Assembly (NCBI GenBank): GCA_037305845.1
Contig: CP147778.1
Location: 3,264,001-3,328,000, forward strand
Direction of reading: 5' to 3'
Source: Candidatus Freyarchaeum deiterrae
Lineage (GTDB): Archaea; Asgardarchaeota; Jordiarchaeia; Jordiarchaeales; Jordiarchaeaceae
DNA: 64,000 nt
Shown: positions 43,496 to 53,279 of the stretch, piece after piece
How the letters are laid out: each line of letters opens with the position of its first letter
Numbering within the stretch: the first letter of the stretch is position 1
Notes under the pieces: generated by a model
Seen by the model: only the letters and a program-made list of their open reading frames with translations
Told to the model about the DNA's origin: nothing
The model's database searches: none
Program-made: the position numbers and the translations under genes

Positions 43496-43811
43496 TACCT
43501 TTCACCTTTAACCACCAAAAATGCATCCCACCTCCCTTTTTATTTATACACCTTTAGTATATGAGTTAAGAAAAATACAAGTTTTGTTGTCAAAAAAATT
43601 TAAGAATGTATTGAAATTTGTCTAGTTGGTTTCTTGTTGTCACTATCTTCAAAAATAATGATAATCACTATTTTTTTCCACCATAGGATTGACAATTTAA
43701 TTTATAAGAATTTCACTCTGAATATCTAGTTAATAACTTGGAAATTTTGTAAAATAATAATCTCATCAAAACATTTGGAATAGGAAATTTGGTAATAGTG
43801 AGGTATGAAAA

Positions 43812-44630
43812 ATGATATTGGAGCACAAGGTAATTGTTATTACAGGTTCAACCCGGGGCATAGGTCTAGCCGTTGCTGAAGCATGTGCTAAGGAGGGTGC
43901 CCAAATAGTAATCTGTTCGCGTCACGAATCGGCTGTCAAACAAACAATCAAAGCGTTCAAACAACAGGGCTACAGCGTGTCTGGAATCAAAGTTGATGTA
44001 TCCGTTCCGGGCGACATTGAAAAGCTACTTCAACACGCTGTCGAAACTTGGGGGCGGGTAGACGTTTGGGTAAACAATGCTGGATTATCGGGCGGCATCC
44101 AGACTCTTGATGCTATGAGCGAGGAGGAAATCACTTCTATTGTTAACGTGAATCTCACAGCTATGCTACAAGCGTGCCGGATCATCATTCCCTATTTCAT
44201 CCAGCATGATGGAGGTACAATAATCAATTTGAGTGGTAGGGGCGGACGCCTTGAGGAATCTCCATATATGGTCGTCTACGCAGCCACTAAAGCCGCAGTT
44301 TCCAGTCTCACCAAAAGCCTGGCGAAAGAGAATAAAGGCAAACCGATTTCGATTCACGCGGTCATACCCGGGATGGTGGAAACGGACTTTTACAAAGACA
44401 TAAAGGTCAGCTCCAATCTAGAAGAAATGGCTGAGGGCACCCCTTACGCGTTAAAGGCCTTCTCCGTGCCCTCAAACGTCGTAGGAAACTTCTTTGTAAA
44501 GATTGCGGCGCAAAAACCAGGAGAAGTGACCGGCAAGATTTACAGAATACTGGGCGGTCGACGTTTGATGAGAGGCATTGGTTTAATGATGTATTACCGG
44601 TCAACGGGCAAGGTCAAGGGTAGAATGTGA
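43812..44630 (+). CDS. SDR oxidoreductase
   Basis: 'TGSTRGIG', 'NNAG', 'YAATK'. Confidence 0.92.
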   Translation: MILEHKVIVITGSTRGIGLAVAEACAKEGAQIVICSRHESAVKQTIKAFKQQGYSVSGIKVDVSVPGDIEKLLQHAVETWGRVDVWVNNAGLSGGIQTLDAMSEEEITSIVNVNLTAMLQACRIIIPYFIQHDGGTIINLSGRGGRLEESPYMVVYAATKAAVSSLTKSLAKENKGKPISIHAVIPGMVETDFYKDIKVSSNLEEMAEGTPYALKAFSVPSNVVGNFFVKIAAQKPGEVTGKIYRILGGRRLMRGIGLMMYYRSTGKVKGRM

Positions 44631-44662
44631 TGAGCTAAATTGTATTTCCAAGCTTGATTCTC

Positions 44663-44693
44663 AAAAATAAAAAAGAGAGGCGCGGATAGCGCC
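44663..44693 (-). terminator. GC hairpin plus U-tract downstream of the 946-aa surface protein gene
   Basis: Minus strand reads GGCGC-TATCC-GCGCC-TCTCTTTTTTATTTTT. Confidence 0.55.
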
Positions 44694-44760
44694 GCTCACC
44701 AGAATATTTAGGAAGCTTTTAATTTGCTTTGCGTTCTATTGCTGGCGATATGTGTGTGTT

Positions 44761-47601
44761 TTAGCTGCTACCAATGAAGAGGGCTCCTTTTCCAATGGCA
44801 AGAGCAATTGATGAGTTTCCTCTCTGGATAGTTAGAGTGACTCTTCCGAGTGCACCCTCACCAACGTATACATCCAGATTCCCTGTCTTCAAGTGTTTTA
44901 CAATGTTCCATGATGCTGACTGGCCGCTTATCTCTATTTTGATAGTGTTCTCGGAGAGGTGTAGGTCACCTTTTCCGATGAATAATTGTCCACTGATTTG
45001 CAGTGCTCCCATGCCAGTAAATACTTCTTCAACTGGTACCTTTGCTCCCAGCATAAAGTAGGAGAATCCCGAAACCTCTACCGTAACGGTTTTCGACGCT
45101 GTGTTCACCACACTGGGTAATTCAACCCACTTCATGTTTTGTTCGTCCCATTGGAAAACTGTAAGGTTCTGCTCACTGACACCAGCCGGAACCTCGTCAT
45201 CGGTGTAATGGAATACCAAAGTTGCATTGATGGACTCGTTTGATTCAGCCCTAATGTAGTTCAGTGGAATGACTCCTTTTGGAAGAGTGGCACTTGGAGG
45301 CGGTGAGTTTCCCCAAGTATTCAAGGTTGTTGGAACGGGTGTTGTTCCCGAAATCTCAACACCAGCCTCCTCAACTGCATTTACTAGAAAGTTTCCGTCG
45401 ACATATGCGGTATTATGAGTAGTGCTGTTCAATGGTGTTCCTAAGAGGTTTCCTCCAAAGAGAATTGGTGACCAGTATGCAACTAGAGTCGGCGGTGGTA
45501 ATGCTAAGTTGGCAGTGGTTATAGCTCTGAGTGTGTAGGTCATTGTCACAGAACTACCGCTTGCGATATCCATTTTCATAAAGTTTGAGCCACTAACTAG
45601 TTCAAACGCGTCTTGTGGATACCAGTCAAAGGCATAAATTGTCTGATCGGTTAAACCAAGATTCTTCACTTTAACGCTGACAGAGACCTCGTCTCCAGGA
45701 TTGACATTGACTGTCTCAGGAGTCTTTTCAAACTCGATGTAAATGGCGTTAGATGGACGAACACCGGGCATAAGCACTGGACTTGGTTGAGGCATCAAAG
45801 AAGCTACTCCATTATTGTAGAATATTTGAGAGCTGGCGATACTTTCAGGACCGAGTCCTGTGTGTACTGAGCCAAGTAATGGTAAATCGTATCTCATTGT
45901 CTGATTCCCTACAATAGAAGATCCTGCTGGAATATCTCCTAAGAACATTTGAAATTGACTAGAAAGAGATGTGGTAATAGTAGGTATAGTAATATTTGAA
46001 TCAATAATTCCTCCAGCTAGTGGAATGATAGGAGGACTGGATGCAGTTACATTTGTTGCAGTCTGTGTGCCCACGTTTCTGATAGTATAGATGCCTGAAA
46101 AAACATCGTTGGGATTCAGAACCCATTTTGAATAGTCTACGGAAACGATAATATTAGGCCCGGGTATACCTACGTTATAAGAGAACTGCGAAATTATACC
46201 AAAGTTTACTAGTCCATTCGAAGCTCTACGCCAATTATACACCGACGAAAACTGTGTCGTACCTATGGAATTTGCAACAACATTGAACGCTAGTGTCTCA
46301 TTTTGTCCCACGTCTATCTCATCGAAATAGAAGGACACCCCGCTGCTAGGATAAGGCAATCCACTTGAGAAATACATAATATTCGTGTTATAACAGTAGA
46401 CATTGCCGCTGATGTTAAAAGCGTTGGAGGTTCCCACGTTTCTTATGGTGAGATAAAGTGTGCCGTTGTCCCCCGGGTTCATGTTCCAGTTTGACATATC
46501 GTAGTATACAACTATGTATGGAACACCGGTCTCCAAAGTATATGTAATGTTGAAATTATCGGCGTTCACGTCGGAATATGCATTGTAGCTGAATAATGGT
46601 TGGGTATAACCTCCCATTATTGAACCAGGGTAAAATCCGGTGAGGCTTGTAACATTGCTGTTTACTGGGGGATACAGGTTGATTGTTACTGGGCTTTTTA
46701 TTGTCTCGTTACTTGGCGCAAAGAGTGAGCCTAGAGTGTAACTATATGTATTTCCGTTCACGCTTGTCTGATTTTCAAGAACCGAGCCAACCTGTACCAG
46801 TGCATTCCAAGTCAGTTGTGGTGGGTATACATTGAAATTGTAAGCCATGGTATCAAATAGTGCGATGTATTTTTCGTTAGATGATTCTTGGGCAATGCTT
46901 TGAGCTAGAGTGCCTTCCGGAAGAAGTGATTCAAGATAATTATATGTAGTTACTGAATCATTTAGAGAAGTCATCAATAAGTAACCAATGGTTATGTTAC
47001 CTCCCATAGGAGCAGGATATGGAATGCTTGTGAACTGTGCAGTTAACTCTCTGAAACTCAATCCGAGGGATGCAAGCTTCTCTATTAATGCCTGAGATAT
47101 TTGTTGCGCTGTCTGGTTACAAGCAGTAATATTTGAACCAACCATCTCAACCATCACTAAGCCTACTGTCTCATTAATCACAGATATACCAAATGGTCCA
47201 GAAACTAGGCTTCCTGTCATTGGCGCGAAGAGATACGAGGTGTGAGGAGCAGTAGCATTAACACCCTCCTCCTGAACTTGTACTTGTATACCTGCATAAG
47301 CGTATACTACACCTGGAAAGCTCGAGAGGTCTGGAAGACCGAAGAATGATCCGTTAAATGTGGAGGCTGCTGCGACGTCTGCGGAGTTATCAATGGCAGA
47401 TAAGTAAACCGTCAATTGCTGTGATACTAGATTTCCAAACACTGGCTGATCAAGGGCTGTCTGTAGTGTTGTTGATGTTGTTGAATCATTTGTTGGGGCT
47501 ACTGGTAGTGCGAGAGTGTTAGCATTGTGGAATAGAGGTATGAGTGTTACCAGCAATAAAACAGTCATCACTGCGATTGCAATTTTTTTCCTTCCCGTCA
47601 A
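44761..47601 (-). CDS. Large secreted surface glycoprotein with three CARDB/Ig-like repeats
   Basis: Signal peptide; repeats 'NPGD....LTIRNVGT..A.N', 'NPND....YTIRNVGT..A.N', 'NPGD....VKVKNLG'; many N-x-S/T sequons; C-terminal 'L.VFQWDE...W...PS.V......V.V...GFS.F'. Confidence 0.8.
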   Translation of the reverse strand: MTGRKKIAIAVMTVLLLVTLIPLFHNANTLALPVAPTNDSTTSTTLQTALDQPVFGNLVSQQLTVYLSAIDNSADVAAASTFNGSFFGLPDLSSFPGVVYAYAGIQVQVQEEGVNATAPHTSYLFAPMTGSLVSGPFGISVINETVGLVMVEMVGSNITACNQTAQQISQALIEKLASLGLSFRELTAQFTSIPYPAPMGGNITIGYLLMTSLNDSVTTYNYLESLLPEGTLAQSIAQESSNEKYIALFDTMAYNFNVYPPQLTWNALVQVGSVLENQTSVNGNTYSYTLGSLFAPSNETIKSPVTINLYPPVNSNVTSLTGFYPGSIMGGYTQPLFSYNAYSDVNADNFNITYTLETGVPYIVVYYDMSNWNMNPGDNGTLYLTIRNVGTSNAFNISGNVYCYNTNIMYFSSGLPYPSSGVSFYFDEIDVGQNETLAFNVVANSIGTTQFSSVYNWRRASNGLVNFGIISQFSYNVGIPGPNIIVSVDYSKWVLNPNDVFSGIYTIRNVGTQTATNVTASSPPIIPLAGGIIDSNITIPTITTSLSSQFQMFLGDIPAGSSIVGNQTMRYDLPLLGSVHTGLGPESIASSQIFYNNGVASLMPQPSPVLMPGVRPSNAIYIEFEKTPETVNVNPGDEVSVSVKVKNLGLTDQTIYAFDWYPQDAFELVSGSNFMKMDIASGSSVTMTYTLRAITTANLALPPPTLVAYWSPILFGGNLLGTPLNSTTHNTAYVDGNFLVNAVEEAGVEISGTTPVPTTLNTWGNSPPPSATLPKGVIPLNYIRAESNESINATLVFHYTDDEVPAGVSEQNLTVFQWDEQNMKWVELPSVVNTASKTVTVEVSGFSYFMLGAKVPVEEVFTGMGALQISGQLFIGKGDLHLSENTIKIEISGQSASWNIVKHLKTGNLDVYVGEGALGRVTLTIQRGNSSIALAIGKGALFIGSS

Positions 47602-48142
47602 AAGTATTTTCCCTTCTCATGGTTTTTTTAGGCGACTAACTCGCCGAGCATAACTCATTTAAAGCTTATATAAATGAGATGATTGCGGCAAAAACTGAGC
47701 CCTCTAAAACTAATCTAGAAGAATAAAATCAGTTATAATGGCGCGTTAAGTATTAATGTTAAAAGAAGGCAGTTTATTTTTGCTACGTTTTTTTCGTTAC
47801 GCCCTTAGCTACTTTACTGATTCTCTTTTTTCGAAGTTAATACGATATAGAGGTCTTCATCTCCACCAGTAAATAATGGATTTTGTTAGAGACCAGAAAA
47901 CGTCAGCTGCGGAAATTCATGAATACGAAAACATAACTCGAAAATCCTTAAAGAATTAACGAGAATCAGAGAGCTAATAGAAAAATCTGGAAAATTGAAA
48001 AGCATAAAAGTTAAATTGTTTTCAAAATATTTTTTGTAATGATGATCGCTTTTTTGTCGCGTAAATAGTCGCTGTTTTCTAATTGCCCCGCTCGATGTGC
48101 TTCCAAACTACCGAGTTTCTGCGTTTTCAGCTAAAAGCGATT

Positions 48143-48694
48143 CTATTTTAGTTTTCCGAGGAGTTCTTTTAGTTGCTCTTGCACATTTTCTTGTTCTGCT
48201 CTCTGGTTCAGATACTTGAAGTCAATTTTATTTCTAAGACTAAGCATTATGGACATTGCGTCCTCGATGTCCTGTGGGGAGCCATAAATTAGCTTGGCAA
48301 TAATCGTATCCTCCGGCGAGGCTGCCCACCCGTTTAAGCCCAGCAGTTTCGTCTTCCTGCGATTTTCCAGTGCCTTTGAATCAAGACGAGTGTAAACTCC
48401 TTTCGCATCTACTCTGAGCGGGGATTTCGTATCAAACACAGAAAAATGGCTCCTCTCTTTTAGCGAGGAAACGATTTCATTTTCTAACACATCCAAGCCG
48501 TGCTTCTTAAAAGCTGAAACTAGCTTGGCTATGGATTCCTTCTCGGAGGGTTTAATGTTAATCACGACGTCTAGGTCAGCAGTTGATCTAAGCCTACCAT
48601 AGGCTATCACTACGAAACCGCCGATGATAACATATTCCAAGCCTGCATCACTCAGCGCCAAAAGGGCTCTTTTCACAAAATTCTCAAAGCTCAT
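48143..48694 (-). CDS. Nucleotidyltransferase-fold (DUF6036/AbiEii-like) putative toxin
   Basis: 'YVIIGG..V.AYG..R.T.DLDVV', 'SPEDTI.AKL', 'D.ED', 'D..YL'. Confidence 0.8.
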   Translation of the reverse strand: MSFENFVKRALLALSDAGLEYVIIGGFVVIAYGRLRSTADLDVVINIKPSEKESIAKLVSAFKKHGLDVLENEIVSSLKERSHFSVFDTKSPLRVDAKGVYTRLDSKALENRRKTKLLGLNGWAASPEDTIIAKLIYGSPQDIEDAMSIMLSLRNKIDFKYLNQRAEQENVQEQLKELLGKLK

Positions 48695-48905
48695 TTCGAT
48701 CACGCTCTAATAGAATATGCCTAAGAATCTCTACAAGCTCCTCATGCGTTTTGTCTGGATACTCTTCTTTTAGACGTTCAAGCTGAACCTTGATAATAAA
48801 ATCTGTAAGCCAACCGGCTATTCTTACCGGATCCGCACCCAACTCTTTGGTTCTCTTTATATCCATTTTAATCTTCTTAAGCCGACGCTCATCAGGAAAC
48901 CACAT
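48684..48905 (-). CDS. Small protein overlapping the NTase start; putative antitoxin/partner
   Basis: Overlapping reading frames; 'LKEEYPD.T.EEL' typical of partners of this NTase type. Confidence 0.6.
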   Translation of the reverse strand: MWFPDERRLKKIKMDIKRTKELGADPVRIAGWLTDFIIKVQLERLKEEYPDKTHEELVEILRHILLERDRNEL

Positions 48906-49118
48906 TCTACAACACCCTTATCTGCAGCTTATTATTATCTAAATAGACAATCCAAAGTTTTTATACTTTTCAACTCACTTGATAGTCTTGTCTTGTTGTG
49001 TTTCTCGATTTAGTTATCTTCTTTCACCGCTCTGTGATTTGCGTTAACTTTATTAGTTTTTCGAATAAGCTAATATGTATAATTATTGCGAATAGATAAC
49101 TTTAAGGAGGGATTTTTC

Positions 49119-49874
49119 GTGATTAGGGTAGATGGATTAAAGGATAAGGTTGCTATAGTTACTGGAGCTAGTCAGGGGATTGGTAGAGAGATTGCTTTGC
49201 ATCTAGCAAAGAACGGTGTAAAAGTTGTTGTAGCCGACATTACAGATAAAATGTCAGATGTCGTAAATGAAATAAAGACAGCAAAGAGTCAAGGATTAGC
49301 TGTTAAATGTGATGTCTCAAAAAAAGAAGAAGTAGAAGACATGGTGGATAAAACCGTAAAGAAATTCGGCAGAGTTGACATCCTAGTCAACAACGCGGGA
49401 ATATACCCGTCCAAACCATTTGTGGAAATGACAGAACAAGACTGGGACAGAGTTATAAATATAAACCTGAAAGGAGATTTCAACTGCGCAAAAGCCGTTG
49501 TTCCAAAGATGATCAGCCAGAAATATGGGAAAATAATAAACATAGCCTCCATCGCTGGCTCCACGGTTGGCTTTCAGAATCTCGCACACTACTCCGCGAG
49601 TAAAGCAGGAATAGCCGGTTTCACCAAAGCACTAGCACTCGAATTAGCCCAATACGGAATAAACGTTAACGCCATCGCCCCAGGGCCCATTGAAACACCT
49701 GGAACTAAAACTGAGGATAAAGTACTTTATGAGCAGACAAGAATGGGAATACCGATGGGCAGATGGGGGCAACCCGAAGACATTGCAAACCTAGTATTAT
49801 ACTTAGCTAGCAACGAGTCAAGCTTCATAACTGGACAATGCATCGTTATAGACGGTGGTTTCACGGTGCAATAA
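49119..49874 (+). CDS. FabG-like SDR oxidoreductase
   Basis: 'TGASQGIG', 'NNAGI', 'YSASK', 'NAIAPG'; GTG start after AAGGAGG. Confidence 0.93.
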   Translation: MIRVDGLKDKVAIVTGASQGIGREIALHLAKNGVKVVVADITDKMSDVVNEIKTAKSQGLAVKCDVSKKEEVEDMVDKTVKKFGRVDILVNNAGIYPSKPFVEMTEQDWDRVININLKGDFNCAKAVVPKMISQKYGKIINIASIAGSTVGFQNLAHYSASKAGIAGFTKALALELAQYGINVNAIAPGPIETPGTKTEDKVLYEQTRMGIPMGRWGQPEDIANLVLYLASNESSFITGQCIVIDGGFTVQ

Positions 49875-50141
49875 TTACTCCAAAATAGTAATCACCATTT
49901 TCAATTAGCGGAACACGGATACCTCAGTTAAGAGTTAAATTAGGCAGTTTATTTAGGAGTACTAAATTTATCAAGCCGCCTCAAGCCATTTTTTATACGA
50001 CTTAATCATTCTAAACAGCGGCTTTAATCGGCTTTCATCAAATACCATTACTTGTGAAGTGAATAGATTTTCTTTTCCTGACCATTTTCAACTCTTACTA
50101 AAAGTCCAACAATTCCCTCTAAAATTCAATTCTCAATTAAT

Positions 50142-50330
50142 CTATTCTGATTCAACGGTTACTGTGTAAATTGTACCTTTCTTACCGCAATTAGGACAAA
50201 CCGCATTCTTTATGTCAGTTATCACCATCAAATATCTTCTGCCACACCATCTGCAGTAAACTTTACTTGTCACCAAACCTGACACCTCCGCTATCAGAAT
50301 AGATAAGCCAAATTTCTTCCTCATCCGCAT
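50142..50330 (-). CDS. Small zinc-ribbon protein
   Basis: CRWC-x15-CPNC. Confidence 0.5.
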   Translation of the reverse strand: MRMRKKFGLSILIAEVSGLVTSKVYCRWCGRRYLMVITDIKNAVCPNCGKKGTIYTVTVESE

Positions 50331-50516
50331 TTTCAGGTTTTTAAGCCCAACTTACAAAACAGTTTAAGAGTTAAAACTCTCTTCCATTCTATAAACCTAT
50401 TCCACAATTTAGGGTAGAGCCATCCCACATTTAAATTGTACACTAATTTTTGGGGAAATCCTCATTTTTTTATCTTGAGAGAATACATTCGTTTGCCCGT
50501 TATGCTCTAATTGTAA

Positions 50517-50762
50517 TTATTCAGATGACAAGTTTTCCAGCTCCTTTTCTAATGCCTTTTTATTGAACCCCAATATTATCTTTCCATTTATTTCAGTCTG
50601 GGGAACATCCAAACGCCCCGTCTTTTGGAACAGTTCTTTCGCCGCTTCCTCGTCGCATGACAGGTCCACATCCTCAAACTCGACACCCTTCTGTCTCAGT
50701 AACTCCTTCACCATCTTACAGTAGGGACACGCCGGCGTCGAATAAACTTTGACTTTTGCCAT
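50517..50762 (-). CDS. Glutaredoxin (NrdH/YruB-like)
   Basis: 'VYSTP.CPYC', 'VP', 'I.GF'. Confidence 0.95.
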   Translation of the reverse strand: MAKVKVYSTPACPYCKMVKELLRQKGVEFEDVDLSCDEEAAKELFQKTGRLDVPQTEINGKIILGFNKKALEKELENLSSE

Positions 50763-50918
50763 ACTATCAAATCCTACATTCCTCTAGAAATAATTTTCCA
50801 AAATGATAACCTTTAAATGTTTTTACATTATGCCTCAATAAGAATTAATTAATAAACCGTTAACCTAGAAATATTATAAAACCCTATTTAAGTAAGAAGA
50901 ATCTGGAACGTTTTAAAA

Positions 50919-51626
50919 ATGTCACTCATAAGCAAGAGCCGGATTAGAGATGCGAGTAGAGCCGCAATTGTTGCAGGGGTGGCGATGTTTCTTGGCTTTT
51001 TCGTTTATTATTATTTTCTTTTCACCTGGAGTTATAGCCAGTTATCCCTTTTTATAATTGTATTTTCTCGTATTTTTCCTTCTTTTCCGCCCTTTGTTAG
51101 CTATGGCTATACTCTATTTTTGGCAAATATAGATAATAATGCAGTTTCCTTCGCGACGACTCACATGTTTACTGTAACTGCATACTCGTTACTCATCTCT
51201 CTTCCTTTCATTTTCGCCACAATGATATTGGCAGTTGGAACCAATATGCTGAGGAAAAAGGAGAACGTGAGGAGGTTCGCATGGATTTTGGGGATTCTAG
51301 ATGTTCTTGCCGTACTTACCTTTTCTCTAACTGGAATGTACCCAACTTTTGTAAATCTAAAACCACCAATCTTTCTTGGGCTTTTGTTTTTAGTAATCAT
51401 TTCAGCGGGAGGAGTTTTAATAGCCAGTTCTGCAATATTGTTTCCCAGACGTTCGCTAGAAAAGTATAATCGGGAAAAAGACTCTATGAGTTGGGAGGAG
51501 CGTACGCTTGCGCAAAACCACCCATATTATCCTAGCGATACTACAGTTACTGTGGCTCTTCTACTTTTCGTGGCTCTTGTGATTTTAATAATTATCTATT
51601 TTGGCACTTACGCAATGGGAGGATAA
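50919..51626 (+). CDS. Hypothetical integral membrane protein
   Basis: About 5-6 hydrophobic segments. Confidence 0.65.
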   Translation: MSLISKSRIRDASRAAIVAGVAMFLGFFVYYYFLFTWSYSQLSLFIIVFSRIFPSFPPFVSYGYTLFLANIDNNAVSFATTHMFTVTAYSLLISLPFIFATMILAVGTNMLRKKENVRRFAWILGILDVLAVLTFSLTGMYPTFVNLKPPIFLGLLFLVIISAGGVLIASSAILFPRRSLEKYNREKDSMSWEERTLAQNHPYYPSDTTVTVALLLFVALVILIIIYFGTYAMGG

Positions 51627-51843
51627 CCCGCGTACGTGAAATTCTTAATTCTATATTCAAGCTAAAATTGTACTGGCACTCTCAAATCTAGAACTCTTAC
51701 TCCACAGGAATCGCAAGGCTGTCCCGGCACCTGCTTCCAACACACCTTTCCGCATATTAAATAATTTCAATAATTTAATCCACATTTTGGCGGGAATATC
51801 ACGATAGAGAAAAAAAAGAAAATAAGAGAAGGAAGGGAGAGGG

Positions 51844-52623
51844 TTACACGATTTGTTCTCCGCAGTTCCAGCAGAACTTCGCCTTTCCTTCAACTTTTTT
51901 CCCGCAGTTAGGACACCTTTTTTTACTCTGAAACTTCTCCGGCGCAATAATGATGAACCCTGACATTACGACTGCCAGAATACCTCCGATTAGTGCAACC
52001 ATGCTTGTCAAACTGAATCCACCTATAGCTTGAAGAGCGTTAAAGCTGTTAAGCAAAAGCAGCTCAGCTATGAATGTTGAATCAAAGCTACCAATCAGTA
52101 AACCTCTTGATACAACGAGATCCAGAATGCTTGTCGATCCCATAACTGGGAAGGCAATGTAAAGCCCGAGCAGGAATAACTCTGCTACAAGAATAATGTA
52201 GACCAGCCAGAGACCGACGACATTTATTCTTCTGTTCTCGAATCTTGGTTCTATAGTATGTGTCCAGAGTTCTACTATTCCTAAGGTGGAGAATTCCCAC
52301 ACAAATGCTAGAACTGTGAAGGTGTATCCATGTCCCGCTACCGTTTCAAAGATAAAAAAAAGCAAACAAACTATGGTTACAATGATCCAGGGGGCTAATT
52401 TTTGGGCAAGACTCTTCTTTTTAGGTGTTCCGAGGTCCTTTATTGTGTTTTTGACAATTCTGGCTTCAGGTATTCTCCCCTTCTGGTCCTCAAGGGCGTC
52501 CATTATGTGCGACTTGAGAGTTTTGAGTACTTCCTGTCTACGCGTCTTGCTTACGTCGGTCATGCTCTTATCGACTTTTTTCAGGTAATTCTCTATCATG
52601 GTTTCGGCTTCTTTGCTCGCCAC
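51844..52623 (-). CDS. HAAS-domain membrane protein with C-terminal zinc ribbon
   Basis: 'IENYL..V...M......R.EVL..LKSHI.DA...I..LG.P'; ~4-5 TM segments; CPNC...CWNC. Confidence 0.8.
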   Translation of the reverse strand: MASKEAETMIENYLKKVDKSMTDVSKTRRQEVLKTLKSHIMDALEDQKGRIPEARIVKNTIKDLGTPKKKSLAQKLAPWIIVTIVCLLFFIFETVAGHGYTFTVLAFVWEFSTLGIVELWTHTIEPRFENRRINVVGLWLVYIILVAELFLLGLYIAFPVMGSTSILDLVVSRGLLIGSFDSTFIAELLLLNSFNALQAIGGFSLTSMVALIGGILAVVMSGFIIIAPEKFQSKKRCPNCGKKVEGKAKFCWNCGEQIV

Positions 52624-52989
52624 TTATTTCACCTCTTTCTCTTTCAAGATTAGAGAATTTATCAGGGTCGTAAAGTTTCTCCATTCTTCCCTCAGCCCTG
52701 CGAGCACCTGTCTTCCGGTATCAGTGATTGCATAGTATTTTCTGGGATGCCCCTGTTCGAACTCCGCCCATCTTGACTCTATCAGATTGTTATACGCAAG
52801 TCTCTGCAGTATGGGATATATGGTACTTGAGCTGACAGGAATGCTGCCCTCTTTGAGGCGATTTATCAGAGCGTAGCCATGGACTTCATTTTCCTCAACA
52901 CTGGCTAGAACAGCGAGTTCAAGAATTCCCTTCCTCAGTTGCCTTTTCCAGTTCTCAACTAGGTCCTGAGGGATAGATTTTTTAGACAT
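52624..52989 (-). CDS. PadR family regulator (short subfamily)
   Basis: 'QLRKGILELAVL', 'HGY', 'TIYPIL.RL', 'PRKYY.IT..G'. Confidence 0.93.
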   Translation of the reverse strand: MSKKSIPQDLVENWKRQLRKGILELAVLASVEENEVHGYALINRLKEGSIPVSSSTIYPILQRLAYNNLIESRWAEFEQGHPRKYYAITDTGRQVLAGLREEWRNFTTLINSLILKEKEVK

Positions 52990-53003
52990 TTTTAAACACC
53001 TAA

Positions 53004-53054
53004 CGACATATTATGTATTACGATATATTATAAGAATATGTCGCATTACGATGT
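53004..53054. promoter_or_regulatory. Candidate operator array upstream of padR-HAAS
   Basis: Inverted repeat CGACATATT (53004) / AATATGTCG (53035); direct repeat ATTACGAT twice. Confidence 0.55.
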
Positions 53055-53279
53055 ATTTAAATCTTTTCACCAAAACCCACACCCTTCAGAACCATAATTC
53101 AAAGACTTCAGAAAAAAGAGCAACTCAATAGAAAAAAATGCATAGCAAAACCCACTTCCCCTACTTGCATCTATTTTAAACTCTAATGATTTATGGAAAG
53201 TTTAAGTTAACATAAAAATTTATAAATTTTAAAGATAACATTATTATACTCTCTTATATCGAACTTGAGGTAAACTCAA

